Part shown: piece by piece, positions 27,377 to 35,739 of the stretch
Layout of the letters: each line of letters begins with the position of its first letter
Numbering within the stretch: the first letter of the stretch is position 1
Assembly: GCA_030648955.1 (NCBI GenBank)
Contig: JAUSHB010000013.1
Span: 12,675-76,674, forward strand
Origin: a bacterium
GTDB taxonomy: Bacteria > Patescibacteriota > Minisyncoccia > Phycocordibacterales > JAUSHB01
Direction: 5' to 3'
Length of the DNA: 64,000 bases
The notes under the pieces: model-generated
Seen by the model: the letters and a program-made list of their open reading frames with translations, nothing else
Told to the model about the DNA's origin: nothing
Database searches by the model: none
Program-made: the position numbers and the translations under genes

Positions 27377-27470
27377 AGATTATTTCGTATTGAATGTATA
27401 TGTGCTGGTCATACTAACAGATTCTTATTTCATCTGCAACTATTCGTAAAAATAGTGTATCATTGGATTA

Positions 27471-28061
27471 ATGATTTCTCACCTCAGAGGCATGGTTATT
27501 TTTTCAAGCGATAAGTTCGTTGTTTTGGATGTAGCCGGAGTCGGATACAAAATCGGGGTAACCCCCGATACACTCCGAAGATCTAGTTCGGAAAAAGGAA
27601 CGGAAATTTCGCTTTGGATTCATCTTGCGGTACGGGAAGATTCTATGAGTATGTATGGTTTTTTAGAACGACAGGAACTTGAGCTTTTTGAAATGCTCAT
27701 CGGGATATCGGGTGTGGGACCGAAGTCAGCGATCGGCGTACTTTCTGTCGCCTCTGTTGACGCACTGAAATCTGCCATCGCATCGGGCGACACATCGTAT
27801 CTCACCAAAGTGTCAGGCATCGGAAAAAAGAACGCGGAAAAGATCGTACTTGAACTTCGAGACAAGCTTAGTGGCAGTGACAACAATGGAGCAGGCCATG
27901 CTGGCTTTAAGGAGGAGCTGGATGTAGTTGAGGCACTTAAATCTCTGGGCTATTCGCAACGAGAAGCGCGCGAGGCGCTCAAAGATATTCCTGATACCGT
28001 AAAAGGAACAAGTCATCGCGTGAAGGCGGCACTTAAAAACCTTGGTAAACAACCTGAATAA
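27471..28061 (+). CDS. ruvA: Holliday junction branch-migration protein RuvA
   Basis: It has MISHLRGMV...VGYKI..., the HhH motifs IGISGVGPKSA and VSGIGKKNAEKI, and C-terminal domain III. Confidence 0.85.
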   Translation: MISHLRGMVIFSSDKFVVLDVAGVGYKIGVTPDTLRRSSSEKGTEISLWIHLAVREDSMSMYGFLERQELELFEMLIGISGVGPKSAIGVLSVASVDALKSAIASGDTSYLTKVSGIGKKNAEKIVLELRDKLSGSDNNGAGHAGFKEELDVVEALKSLGYSQREAREALKDIPDTVKGTSHRVKAALKNLGKQPE

Positions 28062-28127
28062 TCCGATATTCCAAAGCGAGGCTTTGGAAATTAACCGAGT
28101 ATTTAAATATTAATCAAGTGTAAATAT

Positions 28128-28463
28128 ATGTTTTCAAAAGAAAGATTACTTCGTCCTTTTTCATTAAGGTTAAGTTCTGCAGCAAATGCGCTATTGTGTT
28201 GGGTTAGTGTGATGGTAGTAAAGCCATTATTTGCTGTTGTTCTAGCCATGACGGGGAACTTTTGTTTTGATCATTGCCCCCCACTCTCTGTGTCCATGCA
28301 AATTACTAATCTGGGATTTTTAATATTCATATCATTATTCTTGTGTTACGGGATTACACTCGGAGTTATTGACGCAATCCGTGGTCCTAATCGAGGTCTT
28401 GGTATTTTTGCATTACTATTAAATGGCTTGTGGCTTAGTATGCTTATTTTTATGTTTTCATAA
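28128..28463 (+). CDS. Hypothetical membrane protein (111 aa)
   Basis: It has three hydrophobic helices and no identifiable family. Confidence 0.35.
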   Translation: MFSKERLLRPFSLRLSSAANALLCWVSVMVVKPLFAVVLAMTGNFCFDHCPPLSVSMQITNLGFLIFISLFLCYGITLGVIDAIRGPNRGLGIFALLLNGLWLSMLIFMFS

Positions 28464-28492
28464 ACCTGTTTCGCAACATCAATTCTTTTCAT

Positions 28493-29770
28493 ATGGAAAA
28501 ACTATTACAATCAATTAAAAAATTCATCCCAAAAATGGTTTTTGAGGCGCTCGCGCCGATTTATCACTACAAGCTCGCGCTCGTAGGAGCGCTCCTCTAC
28601 CGCTTCCCCTCTAGAAACATACAGGTGGTTGGAGTGACAGGAACAAAAGGAAAAACGACCACCATTGAGCTTGTGAACGCGATCCTGCAAGAAGCGGGAC
28701 AAAAAACTGCGCTCGCAGGAACACTCCGCATTAAGATTGGAGAGAAGTCCCAACCGAATATGTTCAAGATGACGATGCCGGGACGTTTCTTTGTTCAACA
28801 ATTTCTCCGAAAGGCAGTGTCGGCAAAATGCGATTGGGCAATTCTTGAAATGACGTCTGAAGGAACCAAGCAATTTCGTCACAAGTTTCTTGACCTTGAT
28901 GCGCTCGTGTTTACCAATCTTTCTCCAGAGCATATCGAATCGCATGGCTCGTATGAAAACTACGTGAATGCGAAACTCAAGATTGCCAAAGCGCTCGAAC
29001 GGTCACACAAAAACAATAAAACTATTATTGTAAATAACGACGACAAAGAAGCGGAGAAATTTTTGGAGATAGATGTTCAGAAAAAAATCGCCTACTCGCT
29101 TGATCGCGCAAAACCATTTTCCACGACAGACCACAATGTTTCGCTTACTCTCGATGGCAAAAAGGTGTCCGTGGGTATTCCGGGGGAATTCAATATTTAT
29201 AATATCCTAGGAGCTGTAGCGTTTGCAAAGAGCCAGCGCATCAGTCCTGACATTGTGCGAAAAGCCCTTGAGAAATTCAAGGGGGTACGAGGACGAGTTG
29301 AGAAGGTGGATGAAGGACAAAATTTTTCCGTCGTTGTAGACTACGCGCACACACCTGATTCACTCCTGAAGCTCTACCAAACGTTTGGCGATTCAAAAAA
29401 AATCTGCGTGTTGGGAGGCACTGGCGGCGGAAGAGATCGTTGGAAGCGTAAAGAGATGGGGCGCATCGCAGACGAACACTGCTCGCGCATTATTCTCACC
29501 AATGAGGATCCGTATGACGAGGACCCTCGCCAGATCGTCGGCAATATCTCCGAAGGAATCCGCAAGGCCCCCCAGATGGTCATTATGGATAGACGCCAAG
29601 CCATCATGCGCGCATTTGAATCCGCGAAAAAGGGAGACGTCGTGCTCATCACCGGCAAAGGCACCGACCCGTACATTATGGGTCCGAATGGAACTAGATT
29701 GCCGTGGGATGATGCTCAAGTTGCGCGAGAGGAGCTCAAGCGACTAGCGACCAAGAATTTTAAAAGGTGA
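28493..29770 (+). CDS. murE: Mur ligase family protein, MurE-like (UDP-MurNAc-tripeptide synthetase)
   Basis: It has the P-loop GVTGTKGKTTT, the DYAHTPDSL motif and a shortened N-terminal domain. Confidence 0.65.
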   Translation: MEKLLQSIKKFIPKMVFEALAPIYHYKLALVGALLYRFPSRNIQVVGVTGTKGKTTTIELVNAILQEAGQKTALAGTLRIKIGEKSQPNMFKMTMPGRFFVQQFLRKAVSAKCDWAILEMTSEGTKQFRHKFLDLDALVFTNLSPEHIESHGSYENYVNAKLKIAKALERSHKNNKTIIVNNDDKEAEKFLEIDVQKKIAYSLDRAKPFSTTDHNVSLTLDGKKVSVGIPGEFNIYNILGAVAFAKSQRISPDIVRKALEKFKGVRGRVEKVDEGQNFSVVVDYAHTPDSLLKLYQTFGDSKKICVLGGTGGGRDRWKRKEMGRIADEHCSRIILTNEDPYDEDPRQIVGNISEGIRKAPQMVIMDRRQAIMRAFESAKKGDVVLITGKGTDPYIMGPNGTRLPWDDAQVAREELKRLATKNFKR

Positions 29771-29940
29771 GATAACTGAATATTTTATTCCCCAGACTCA
29801 CTCTCCTCTATTTCGTCAATTTTTTTCAATATCTGTTCACAAAGATCTTCTTCGTTCACTTGAGAAGCATACAAAAGAACATCTTCGAGGTGTTCGAGGG
29901 CTCCTGTTGTGTCCCCTGTTGCAAGATACAAAATGGAAAA

Positions 29941-30429
29941 TTATCGGTCAAAAATCCTAAACAAAGCAATTCCCGCGGAAATGGAAACATTTAACGACTC
30001 TTTCTTCCCGCTCATCGGGATCTCTATCACCTTGTCGCAAAGTTTTAAAATACTTTTTTCTATCCCCCCTACTTCGTTGCCAAGGATGAGCGCGAGCGAA
30101 TTTCTTGGTTTAAATGTTTTGTAATCAATGGAATTCTCTGCCTGCTCAAGCGCAATGATCTCTATTTTTTCTTCTTTAAATTTTTTGAGAAGTGTTTTGA
30201 TGTTTGCAACATGCTCCCAGGGAACGGATATCTGCGCGCCTAGAGCGACCTTCGCGATATCTTTGCGCGGTCTTCCGAAGCGGTCTAAAGGTGCTGGAGT
30301 ATAGCCCGTGAGATATATTTTGGAGACGCCGGCCGCGTCCGCGGTTCTAAAAATCGAGCCGACGTTGTGGGTGCTTCTGATATTGTGCAAGATGAGATAC
30401 GTTTTTAGTGTCTGAGTGTTTTTTACCAT
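29941..30429 (-). CDS. SpoU/TrmH-family RNA 2'-O-methyltransferase
   Basis: It has HNVGSIFRTADAAGV ... LILGNEVGGI ... IEIPMSGKKESLNVSISAGIALF. Confidence 0.8.
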   Translation of the reverse strand: MVKNTQTLKTYLILHNIRSTHNVGSIFRTADAAGVSKIYLTGYTPAPLDRFGRPRKDIAKVALGAQISVPWEHVANIKTLLKKFKEEKIEIIALEQAENSIDYKTFKPRNSLALILGNEVGGIEKSILKLCDKVIEIPMSGKKESLNVSISAGIALFRIFDR

Positions 30430-30489
30430 AATTTTTTTGGGTTACAGGCTATAGGTTACATGTTACAAGACTTTTGATATACTGTCTTC

Positions 30490-30903
30490 ATGCCAAAATT
30501 ATTAAGTGTTTTCCCAGACCTTCTTACCTACAGTCTCATTGCGCCTTTTATATTGAGAGTTTCTTTGGGGTTAATTTTGATTTATTTTAGTTACTTAAAA
30601 TTTTTCTCGGAGCGACAAGATAAGGCGGCATTTTTTGATTCAGTGGGTATGCGACCCGGAAGTATATTTTCGAGCGCCATTGGTGCAACTAAACTTGCGG
30701 GGGGAGTCATGCTCGTGGTGGGTTTTTACACCCAAATTGCAGGGCTTGTTGCCTCACTCATCATGCTTGTGGCGATTTTCATTAAGTGGCGACATCCAGC
30801 ATCGCTACGCAACGATATTGAATTTTACATGCTTCTTTTTATTGTCTCCCTCTCACTTGTATTCACCGGCGCGGGCTTCTTCGCGTTTGATTTGCCATTG
30901 TAA
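30490..30903 (+). CDS. DoxX family membrane protein
   Basis: It is 137 aa with 4 TM helices and a DoxX-like topology. Confidence 0.55.
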   Translation: MPKLLSVFPDLLTYSLIAPFILRVSLGLILIYFSYLKFFSERQDKAAFFDSVGMRPGSIFSSAIGATKLAGGVMLVVGFYTQIAGLVASLIMLVAIFIKWRHPASLRNDIEFYMLLFIVSLSLVFTGAGFFAFDLPL

Positions 30904-30953
30904 CCAGTAAGCAAAAAGTGGTTGATGATTTTTAGTACCACTATGTTGAAGAA

Positions 30954-31649
30954 TTATGGGTAGTTTCTTCCATCTTCAGATATTGGAATTTTCTCCCCCA
31001 AATATTTCGGCTTTCTATTGAACATAAGATCTAGTATTGCTTTCTCGTCCGCAAAGACCTCGCGTACGTTATTACGGAAAAGAATATTGCCAACATCAGC
31101 ATTTACTCCATACGCATTCATTCCAAGTCGACGCGCAATAAAAACGGCGCGCGGCAAATGAAATGATTGAGTAGTGATTACAACAGAAGAAACACCAAAA
31201 ATATCACGGGCACGATACATAGAGCTGTAGGTGTCAAAACCTGCGTGGTCAAGAAAAATATCTTTATCCGGAATGTCTTTACTTAAAAGATAAAGGCGGA
31301 CTGGATTTACTTCGTTGTGACTCACAGTACTATTGTCCCCAGAAACGAGAATTTTTGACACTCTTTTTTCCTCATATAATTTTATGGCCATATCCACGCG
31401 GTCTATAAAAATAGACGAGAGTGTACCATCTTTGAAAATTGCCGCACCGGGAATCAGGACTGTCTCTGTGTTCGGAGTCTCCATAGTATCACGGTAGATA
31501 TATGGTTTTGTCGACAGGTAAAAAACTATATTGGTGACAAGAATAAAAATAATGAGAAGTCCAAAAGAGAGCGCGACAAAAAGAAAGAGTTGTTTTATAC
31601 CACGAGTATACAATTTTCTGATGCTTTCCATTTTACCACGTTGATGCAT
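30954..31649 (-). CDS. DUF218 (SanA/YdcF/ElyC-like) membrane-anchored protein
   Basis: It has an N-terminal TM helix and the DUF218 core KILVSGDNSTVSHNEVNPV...AGFDTYSS...VITTQSFHLPRA. Confidence 0.7.
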   Translation of the reverse strand: MHQRGKMESIRKLYTRGIKQLFLFVALSFGLLIIFILVTNIVFYLSTKPYIYRDTMETPNTETVLIPGAAIFKDGTLSSIFIDRVDMAIKLYEEKRVSKILVSGDNSTVSHNEVNPVRLYLLSKDIPDKDIFLDHAGFDTYSSMYRARDIFGVSSVVITTQSFHLPRAVFIARRLGMNAYGVNADVGNILFRNNVREVFADEKAILDLMFNRKPKYLGEKIPISEDGRNYP

Positions 31650-31798
31650 TCTGGACTCCCGCCTGCACAGCCAGGCGAATTTATCTCGGGTTAACTCTTT
31701 GGTATGCTTGTAACCACATTCCGCTTACTTGCAGTTTTGAATGAAATTGAAACCCTTATTAAGAACCACCGAGTGTTCTATGTTTTTGAATTATTTGA

Positions 31799-32149
31799 TT
31801 AATGGAGAGTACTGTCTATTGCCCCCTGTTCAATTTTTAAAATAGCTTCTTCGGTTGGAGGAATATTTTTTGCAAAAACAGTTAGCTCTTTTTGTTTTCG
31901 AAGATCTTCTTCCAGTTTTATATTTTCCTTTTTTAGATTTTTGTACCTAAAGTAGTTTTTAATACTTTCTGGAAGTATGAGGAGGACGGTAATGAGAACG
32001 CCCGTGCTGATAGCCAGTGATAAAATAAGAGCGAGAGAACCTGTTAAGTGCCAGGAGAAAAAAGTGACAGTAATGACGGCAATATTTTGTAATGAAAATA
32101 TAACAGCAACCGCACCAAGTAATAACCCAACAATAAATAGTATCGTCAC
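31799..32149 (-). CDS. LapA-family (DUF1049) inner-membrane protein
   Basis: It has two N-terminal TM helices followed by a coiled coil, which is the LapA/YciS pattern. Confidence 0.5.
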   Translation of the reverse strand: MTILFIVGLLLGAVAVIFSLQNIAVITVTFFSWHLTGSLALILSLAISTGVLITVLLILPESIKNYFRYKNLKKENIKLEEDLRKQKELTVFAKNIPPTEEAILKIEQGAIDSTLH

Positions 32150-32279
32150 CTAGACATTATATACTTTCTTCCATTCAAATCAATGGCGATTGGAATATAT
32201 GGGACAAAAATTCAAATTTAAACCAACTTGACACATCAAAAGTGTTGCTCTATTAGCACCTGCCAGTAGGTTTCATGTG

Positions 32280-32447
32280 ATAGCCCGCCGGGCAGTCTCG
32301 GTCACGAGTTACTAATTCGCTACGCTCATAAGTACTCTCGACCCCGCCTCGTTCCCGCAAAGCGGGATACTGCGGCTTTCGATTCCTGACGAAACACAAG
32401 CAGTTGTGTTTCTCCGCGCGGACACTCACTCACTTCGTTCATTCGTG
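32280..32447. repeat. tRNA-3'-flanking GC-rich repeat (family A/C)
   Basis: It contains GGTCACGAGTTACTAATTCGCTACGCTCATAAGTACTCTCGACCCCG, the same modules seen at 6841/6936/7185, and it abuts the 3' end of tRNA-Lys. Confidence 0.7.
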
Positions 32448-32520
32448 TCCGCCCGGCAGGAATCGAACCTGCGACCGTTTGCTTAAAAGGCAACTGCTCT
32501 ACCGACTGAGCTACGGGCGG
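32448..32520 (-). tRNA. tRNA-Lys (anticodon TTT)
   Basis: The reverse complement has acceptor CCGCCCG/CGGGCGG, D-arm GCTC-AGTCGGTA-GAGC, anticodon loop CTTTTAA and T-arm GCAGGTTCGATTCCTGC. Pair 27-43 is a G·A mismatch. Confidence 0.8.
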
Positions 32521-32619
32521 ATATGAACTAAACAGTATTCAACTTACAACAAAAACTGTCAAAAAGCAAAGATTTTGTGTAACTTACTAAAACTTTTCTT
32601 TGTTTGCTATACTAACCCC

Positions 32620-33180
32620 ATGAAACGAATCTTCATCATCCACGGCTGGGCAGGAAACAGCAAGAGCGACTGGCTCCCCTGGCTTAAATCAGAACTGGAA
32701 AAGCTCGGGTATAAAGTTTTTGTACCAGATATGCCCGACACGGAAAATCCGGTGATAGGAAAGTGGGTCAATCATTTGAGAGACCTTGTGGAAACGCCCG
32801 ATAAAGATACGTATTTTGTGGGACATAGTATCGGATGTCAGACGATTCTTCGCTACCTCGAAACTGTTTCGACTCCGGTAGGCAAAGCAGTATTCATCGC
32901 GGGATGGTTTGATTTAAAAAACCTTGAGGATGACGAGGCGGAAAAAATTGCTGAACCGTGGATCACAACCCCGATAGATATCGCGAAGGTGCGAAAAGTC
33001 CTTCCCTCTTCCACGGTTATCATTTCCGACAACGACCCGTTTGGCACATTTGAGGAAAATAAAAAGAAATTCGTCGAGCTTGGTTCTAAGATTATTATCC
33101 TCCACAATGCAGGACATATTGATAAAGAAAGTAGCTACACAAAACTTCCGGAAGCGTTGGAGGAGTTTAAAAAGTTGTAA
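32620..33180 (+). CDS. RBBP9/YdeN-family serine hydrolase (alpha/beta fold)
   Basis: It has MKRIFIIHGWAGNSKSDW ... the nucleophile elbow GHSIGC ... and HNAGHI. Confidence 0.7.
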   Translation: MKRIFIIHGWAGNSKSDWLPWLKSELEKLGYKVFVPDMPDTENPVIGKWVNHLRDLVETPDKDTYFVGHSIGCQTILRYLETVSTPVGKAVFIAGWFDLKNLEDDEAEKIAEPWITTPIDIAKVRKVLPSSTVIISDNDPFGTFEENKKKFVELGSKIIILHNAGHIDKESSYTKLPEALEEFKKL

Positions 33181-33184
33181 TTTT

Positions 33185-33694
33185 ATGCTCACTCTCTACA
33201 ACGTACTATCTTCCGATGGATTCATCGCCGCAAAAGACGGGGGTGAGGATTTTATTCCCGACGAGGTGTGGGGTGATTTCTTAGAGCTGTGCACAAAATA
33301 TGGCGCTCTCATTATGGGTAAGAATGCTTATGGCGCGATACAATCCTTTGACAAAGAACTTGTGGAGCCGTTTGAGAATTTAAGTATTGAAAAAATAGTA
33401 GTAACAAGGGATAAAAATTTAAAACCTAAAAGGGGGTATGCGGTGATTAATTCTTTGCGCGAAGCGGCGACACTCCACCCCAATATGCTCCTCTGCAGCG
33501 GTCCCAAGCTCAATACGGCATTTCTAAAAGAAAAACTTATTGATAGAATTATTTTAAATAAACTTCCTATTGCTATTGGCGAAGGAATCTCTCAATTTGA
33601 AGAAGGGGTGCATCCTCAACTGATCCCCCAGTCCGAATTGGATATAAATAAAGGCAACGGCAGAACATTGGTTTTTTACAAAGTTATGTATTAA
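33185..33694 (+). CDS. Dihydrofolate-reductase-like protein (RibD C-terminal domain family)
   Basis: It has MLTLYNVLSSDGFIAAKDGGEDFIPDEVW ... ALIMGKNAY... and the start was taken at the internal Met of track ORF 33041-33694. Confidence 0.65.
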   Translation: MLTLYNVLSSDGFIAAKDGGEDFIPDEVWGDFLELCTKYGALIMGKNAYGAIQSFDKELVEPFENLSIEKIVVTRDKNLKPKRGYAVINSLREAATLHPNMLLCSGPKLNTAFLKEKLIDRIILNKLPIAIGEGISQFEEGVHPQLIPQSELDINKGNGRTLVFYKVMY

Positions 33695-33699
33695 AAATC

Positions 33700-34135
33700 A
33701 CAATCGCCCCAACGGGTTTTTGGTTTTTACCCCAGTACCAATTTTGTGAGTTGCGTACTATTGTTTGTGGTAATGCTAAGTAAAATTTATTTTTCAATAA
33801 AGCAATGCTTCGCCCGACGAGGGTTGGGCTATTCGCCCGCGCATTGCTTATGTAATTCAAAAGCAAAATTGATACGGGGTCCTCAAAAATCATAGTCGCC
33901 TAAACGGCTCCTTGATTTTTGGGACTTATCCACACCCCCCCCCACTTGCACTTGTCTTGCAGAAAGATATACTGGCTTCAGACAAGTGATGGACATTCGT
34001 CAAAAAAGTATTAGCCACTTTATGGCATAAACAAAAACCCCGACGAAATCCCCATTTCACACAGCACCTTATCCTCAGTGATCTTTTGATCACAACAACC
34101 TATTCAGAATAAAGTCCACCTCGGTGGGCTTTTTT
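33700..34135 (+). ncRNA. Candidate structured non-coding RNA (~430 nt), identity unknown
   Basis: The region has no credible ORF on either strand. It contains the hairpin GCAATGCTTCGCCCGACGAGGGTTGGGCTATTCGCCCGCGCATTGC and a C9 run, and ends in the intrinsic terminator GTCCACCTCGGTGGGCTTTTTT at 34113-34135. Confidence 0.3.
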
Positions 34136-34169
34136 CATGGTTAATTACAGAAACTATTTCAATATTAAA

Positions 34170-34886
34170 CTAAATACTCAACACAAACTTCTCAAGCGCC
34201 ATCCCAAGTTCATCCCCTCCTCGACGCGCTTCGTGATAGATGGAGACTAAGCGCGATGAAAGATTTTTTAATTCTTCTTCGGTGAAGTTTTTTGCAAACG
34301 AAAGTGATTTTCTGAATACAAATGGATTGAGCCCCGCCTCTCCGGCGGTTTTTGAGGACACAGCAAGAATCATGGATTTCACCTGCCAGAAAAGCATCCC
34401 ATGAATTTCCTCTGCCACCCCTCCCGCATCAAAAGATTTTTGAAGAAGAACCCACGCGTCTTTCTTACTTCTCCTCCCAAGCGCGTCACTCAATGCAAAG
34501 CGATCAAACTCAATTTTTTTTGCTATTTTTTCTACCGTAGACTCTTGTGTGGTTTCCGTTTTTTTTGCAACTCGTTCTGCAGTGACTTTAGTGAGTTTCC
34601 CCTCAATGATGACAAAAATATTGGGGGAGTCTTTCATCTCTTTGAGCTTCTCAAGAACAGTCCCCTCCGCATCTATATCTTGAAGAAGAGAGTCGAGAAC
34701 AATAACACTCCTCCCTCCGAATAGTCCGCGTGATGCCAAAAGTTCTCCAAATTTCTCCTCACTCCACGATTCCGCGTTCATTTCAAACATAGGCGCATCG
34801 GGATTTTTTGCAAAAAAACCATCCAGAAACTCATGGAATTTTTCCCGTACTCTGGCGCTATTTTCTCCGTAGAAAAAATGGATCAT
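34170..34886 (-). CDS. holA: DNA polymerase III delta subunit
   Basis: It has MIHFFYGENSARVREKF...GRSVIVLD... and HolA-like helical C-terminal domains. Confidence 0.65.
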   Translation of the reverse strand: MIHFFYGENSARVREKFHEFLDGFFAKNPDAPMFEMNAESWSEEKFGELLASRGLFGGRSVIVLDSLLQDIDAEGTVLEKLKEMKDSPNIFVIIEGKLTKVTAERVAKKTETTQESTVEKIAKKIEFDRFALSDALGRRSKKDAWVLLQKSFDAGGVAEEIHGMLFWQVKSMILAVSSKTAGEAGLNPFVFRKSLSFAKNFTEEELKNLSSRLVSIYHEARRGGDELGMALEKFVLSI

Positions 34887-34899
34887 GATGCTTTTTTAT

Positions 34900-35739
34900 T
34901 TACCAAATAATTTCCATATTCTCAACTGCATGAAGCAGTTCTTTGCGCGCAAGTGCCAAGAGTTCTGGCGACATATTTGGAGATATTGTGAAACTCACCT
35001 CGACAATCACCTCTTGCCCTCTAGTGACTATAGAAAAATATGCTTCGTTGTTTGTTGATTCAAAAAGCGTCAAGCGCTGATCTTGTGCGCTGGTCGTGGC
35101 GGGTGATTGTATGAAAATTTTTGCATCAGCTCCGACATCCGTACTCTTTTTGTGACGCAAATAGATCATAATATGTTTTGTCCCATCCGTTGATTCAATA
35201 AATTGTTTGTCCGAATATCCGGGGAATATAGGGTCATATGTATCAGGAAGAATGATGTATGTTTCTTTGAGTGCGACCTCGCCGGGATACGGCCACATTG
35301 TGTACCGTGCGTTTCGCAGTGACGCAAAAGGACTTCCGCTTTCGGCAATGAGAATGTCGTTCCACGGGGTCGCTTTTTTCATCGTGGTCGTCCCTGTTCC
35401 GAAAGAAAGGAGGGGTGATGTGTTTCTGTTTAAGATTTCTACGGGGTTTATCTCTTCGATTCTCATATTTGCCATATCAGGAGGTAGCCCAATGGCGACT
35501 GGGCATACTGGGACCATACTTCCATCTGGCGCTTGCATTATGGGACAGGGAGGCATTACTGGTATTGTTGATGGAACAGATGTTACAATTTCTTGAATAG
35601 TTTCCTGTATCGGATTGTTTTGTATCTTACTCTTCTTAAAATACGCAACATATGCTCCTCCACCAAACAGAGAACCCGCCACAAATATAATTAAACCAAA
35701 AAATATATTTTTATTGTTTTGCATATTAAGATTATACAT
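34900..35739 (-). CDS. Membrane-anchored hypothetical protein (279 aa)
   Basis: It has an N-terminal TM helix, a Pro/Cys-rich linker, and no identifiable family. Confidence 0.4.
   Translation of the reverse strand: MYNLNMQNNKNIFFGLIIFVAGSLFGGGAYVAYFKKSKIQNNPIQETIQEIVTSVPSTIPVMPPCPIMQAPDGSMVPVCPVAIGLPPDMANMRIEEINPVEILNRNTSPLLSFGTGTTTMKKATPWNDILIAESGSPFASLRNARYTMWPYPGEVALKETYIILPDTYDPIFPGYSDKQFIESTDGTKHIMIYLRHKKSTDVGADAKIFIQSPATTSAQDQRLTLFESTNNEAYFSIVTRGQEVIVEVSFTISPNMSPELLALARKELLHAVENMEIIW

Noticed and set aside
33700-34135. RNase P RNA, SRP RNA or 6S RNA identity for the ORF-free segment
   Set aside because: The conserved RNase P P4 motifs (AGGAAAGTCCGGGCTCC / ACAGAACCCGGCTTA) and the SRP GGAAGCAG loop are absent. 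It is kept only as an unassigned ncRNA candidate.
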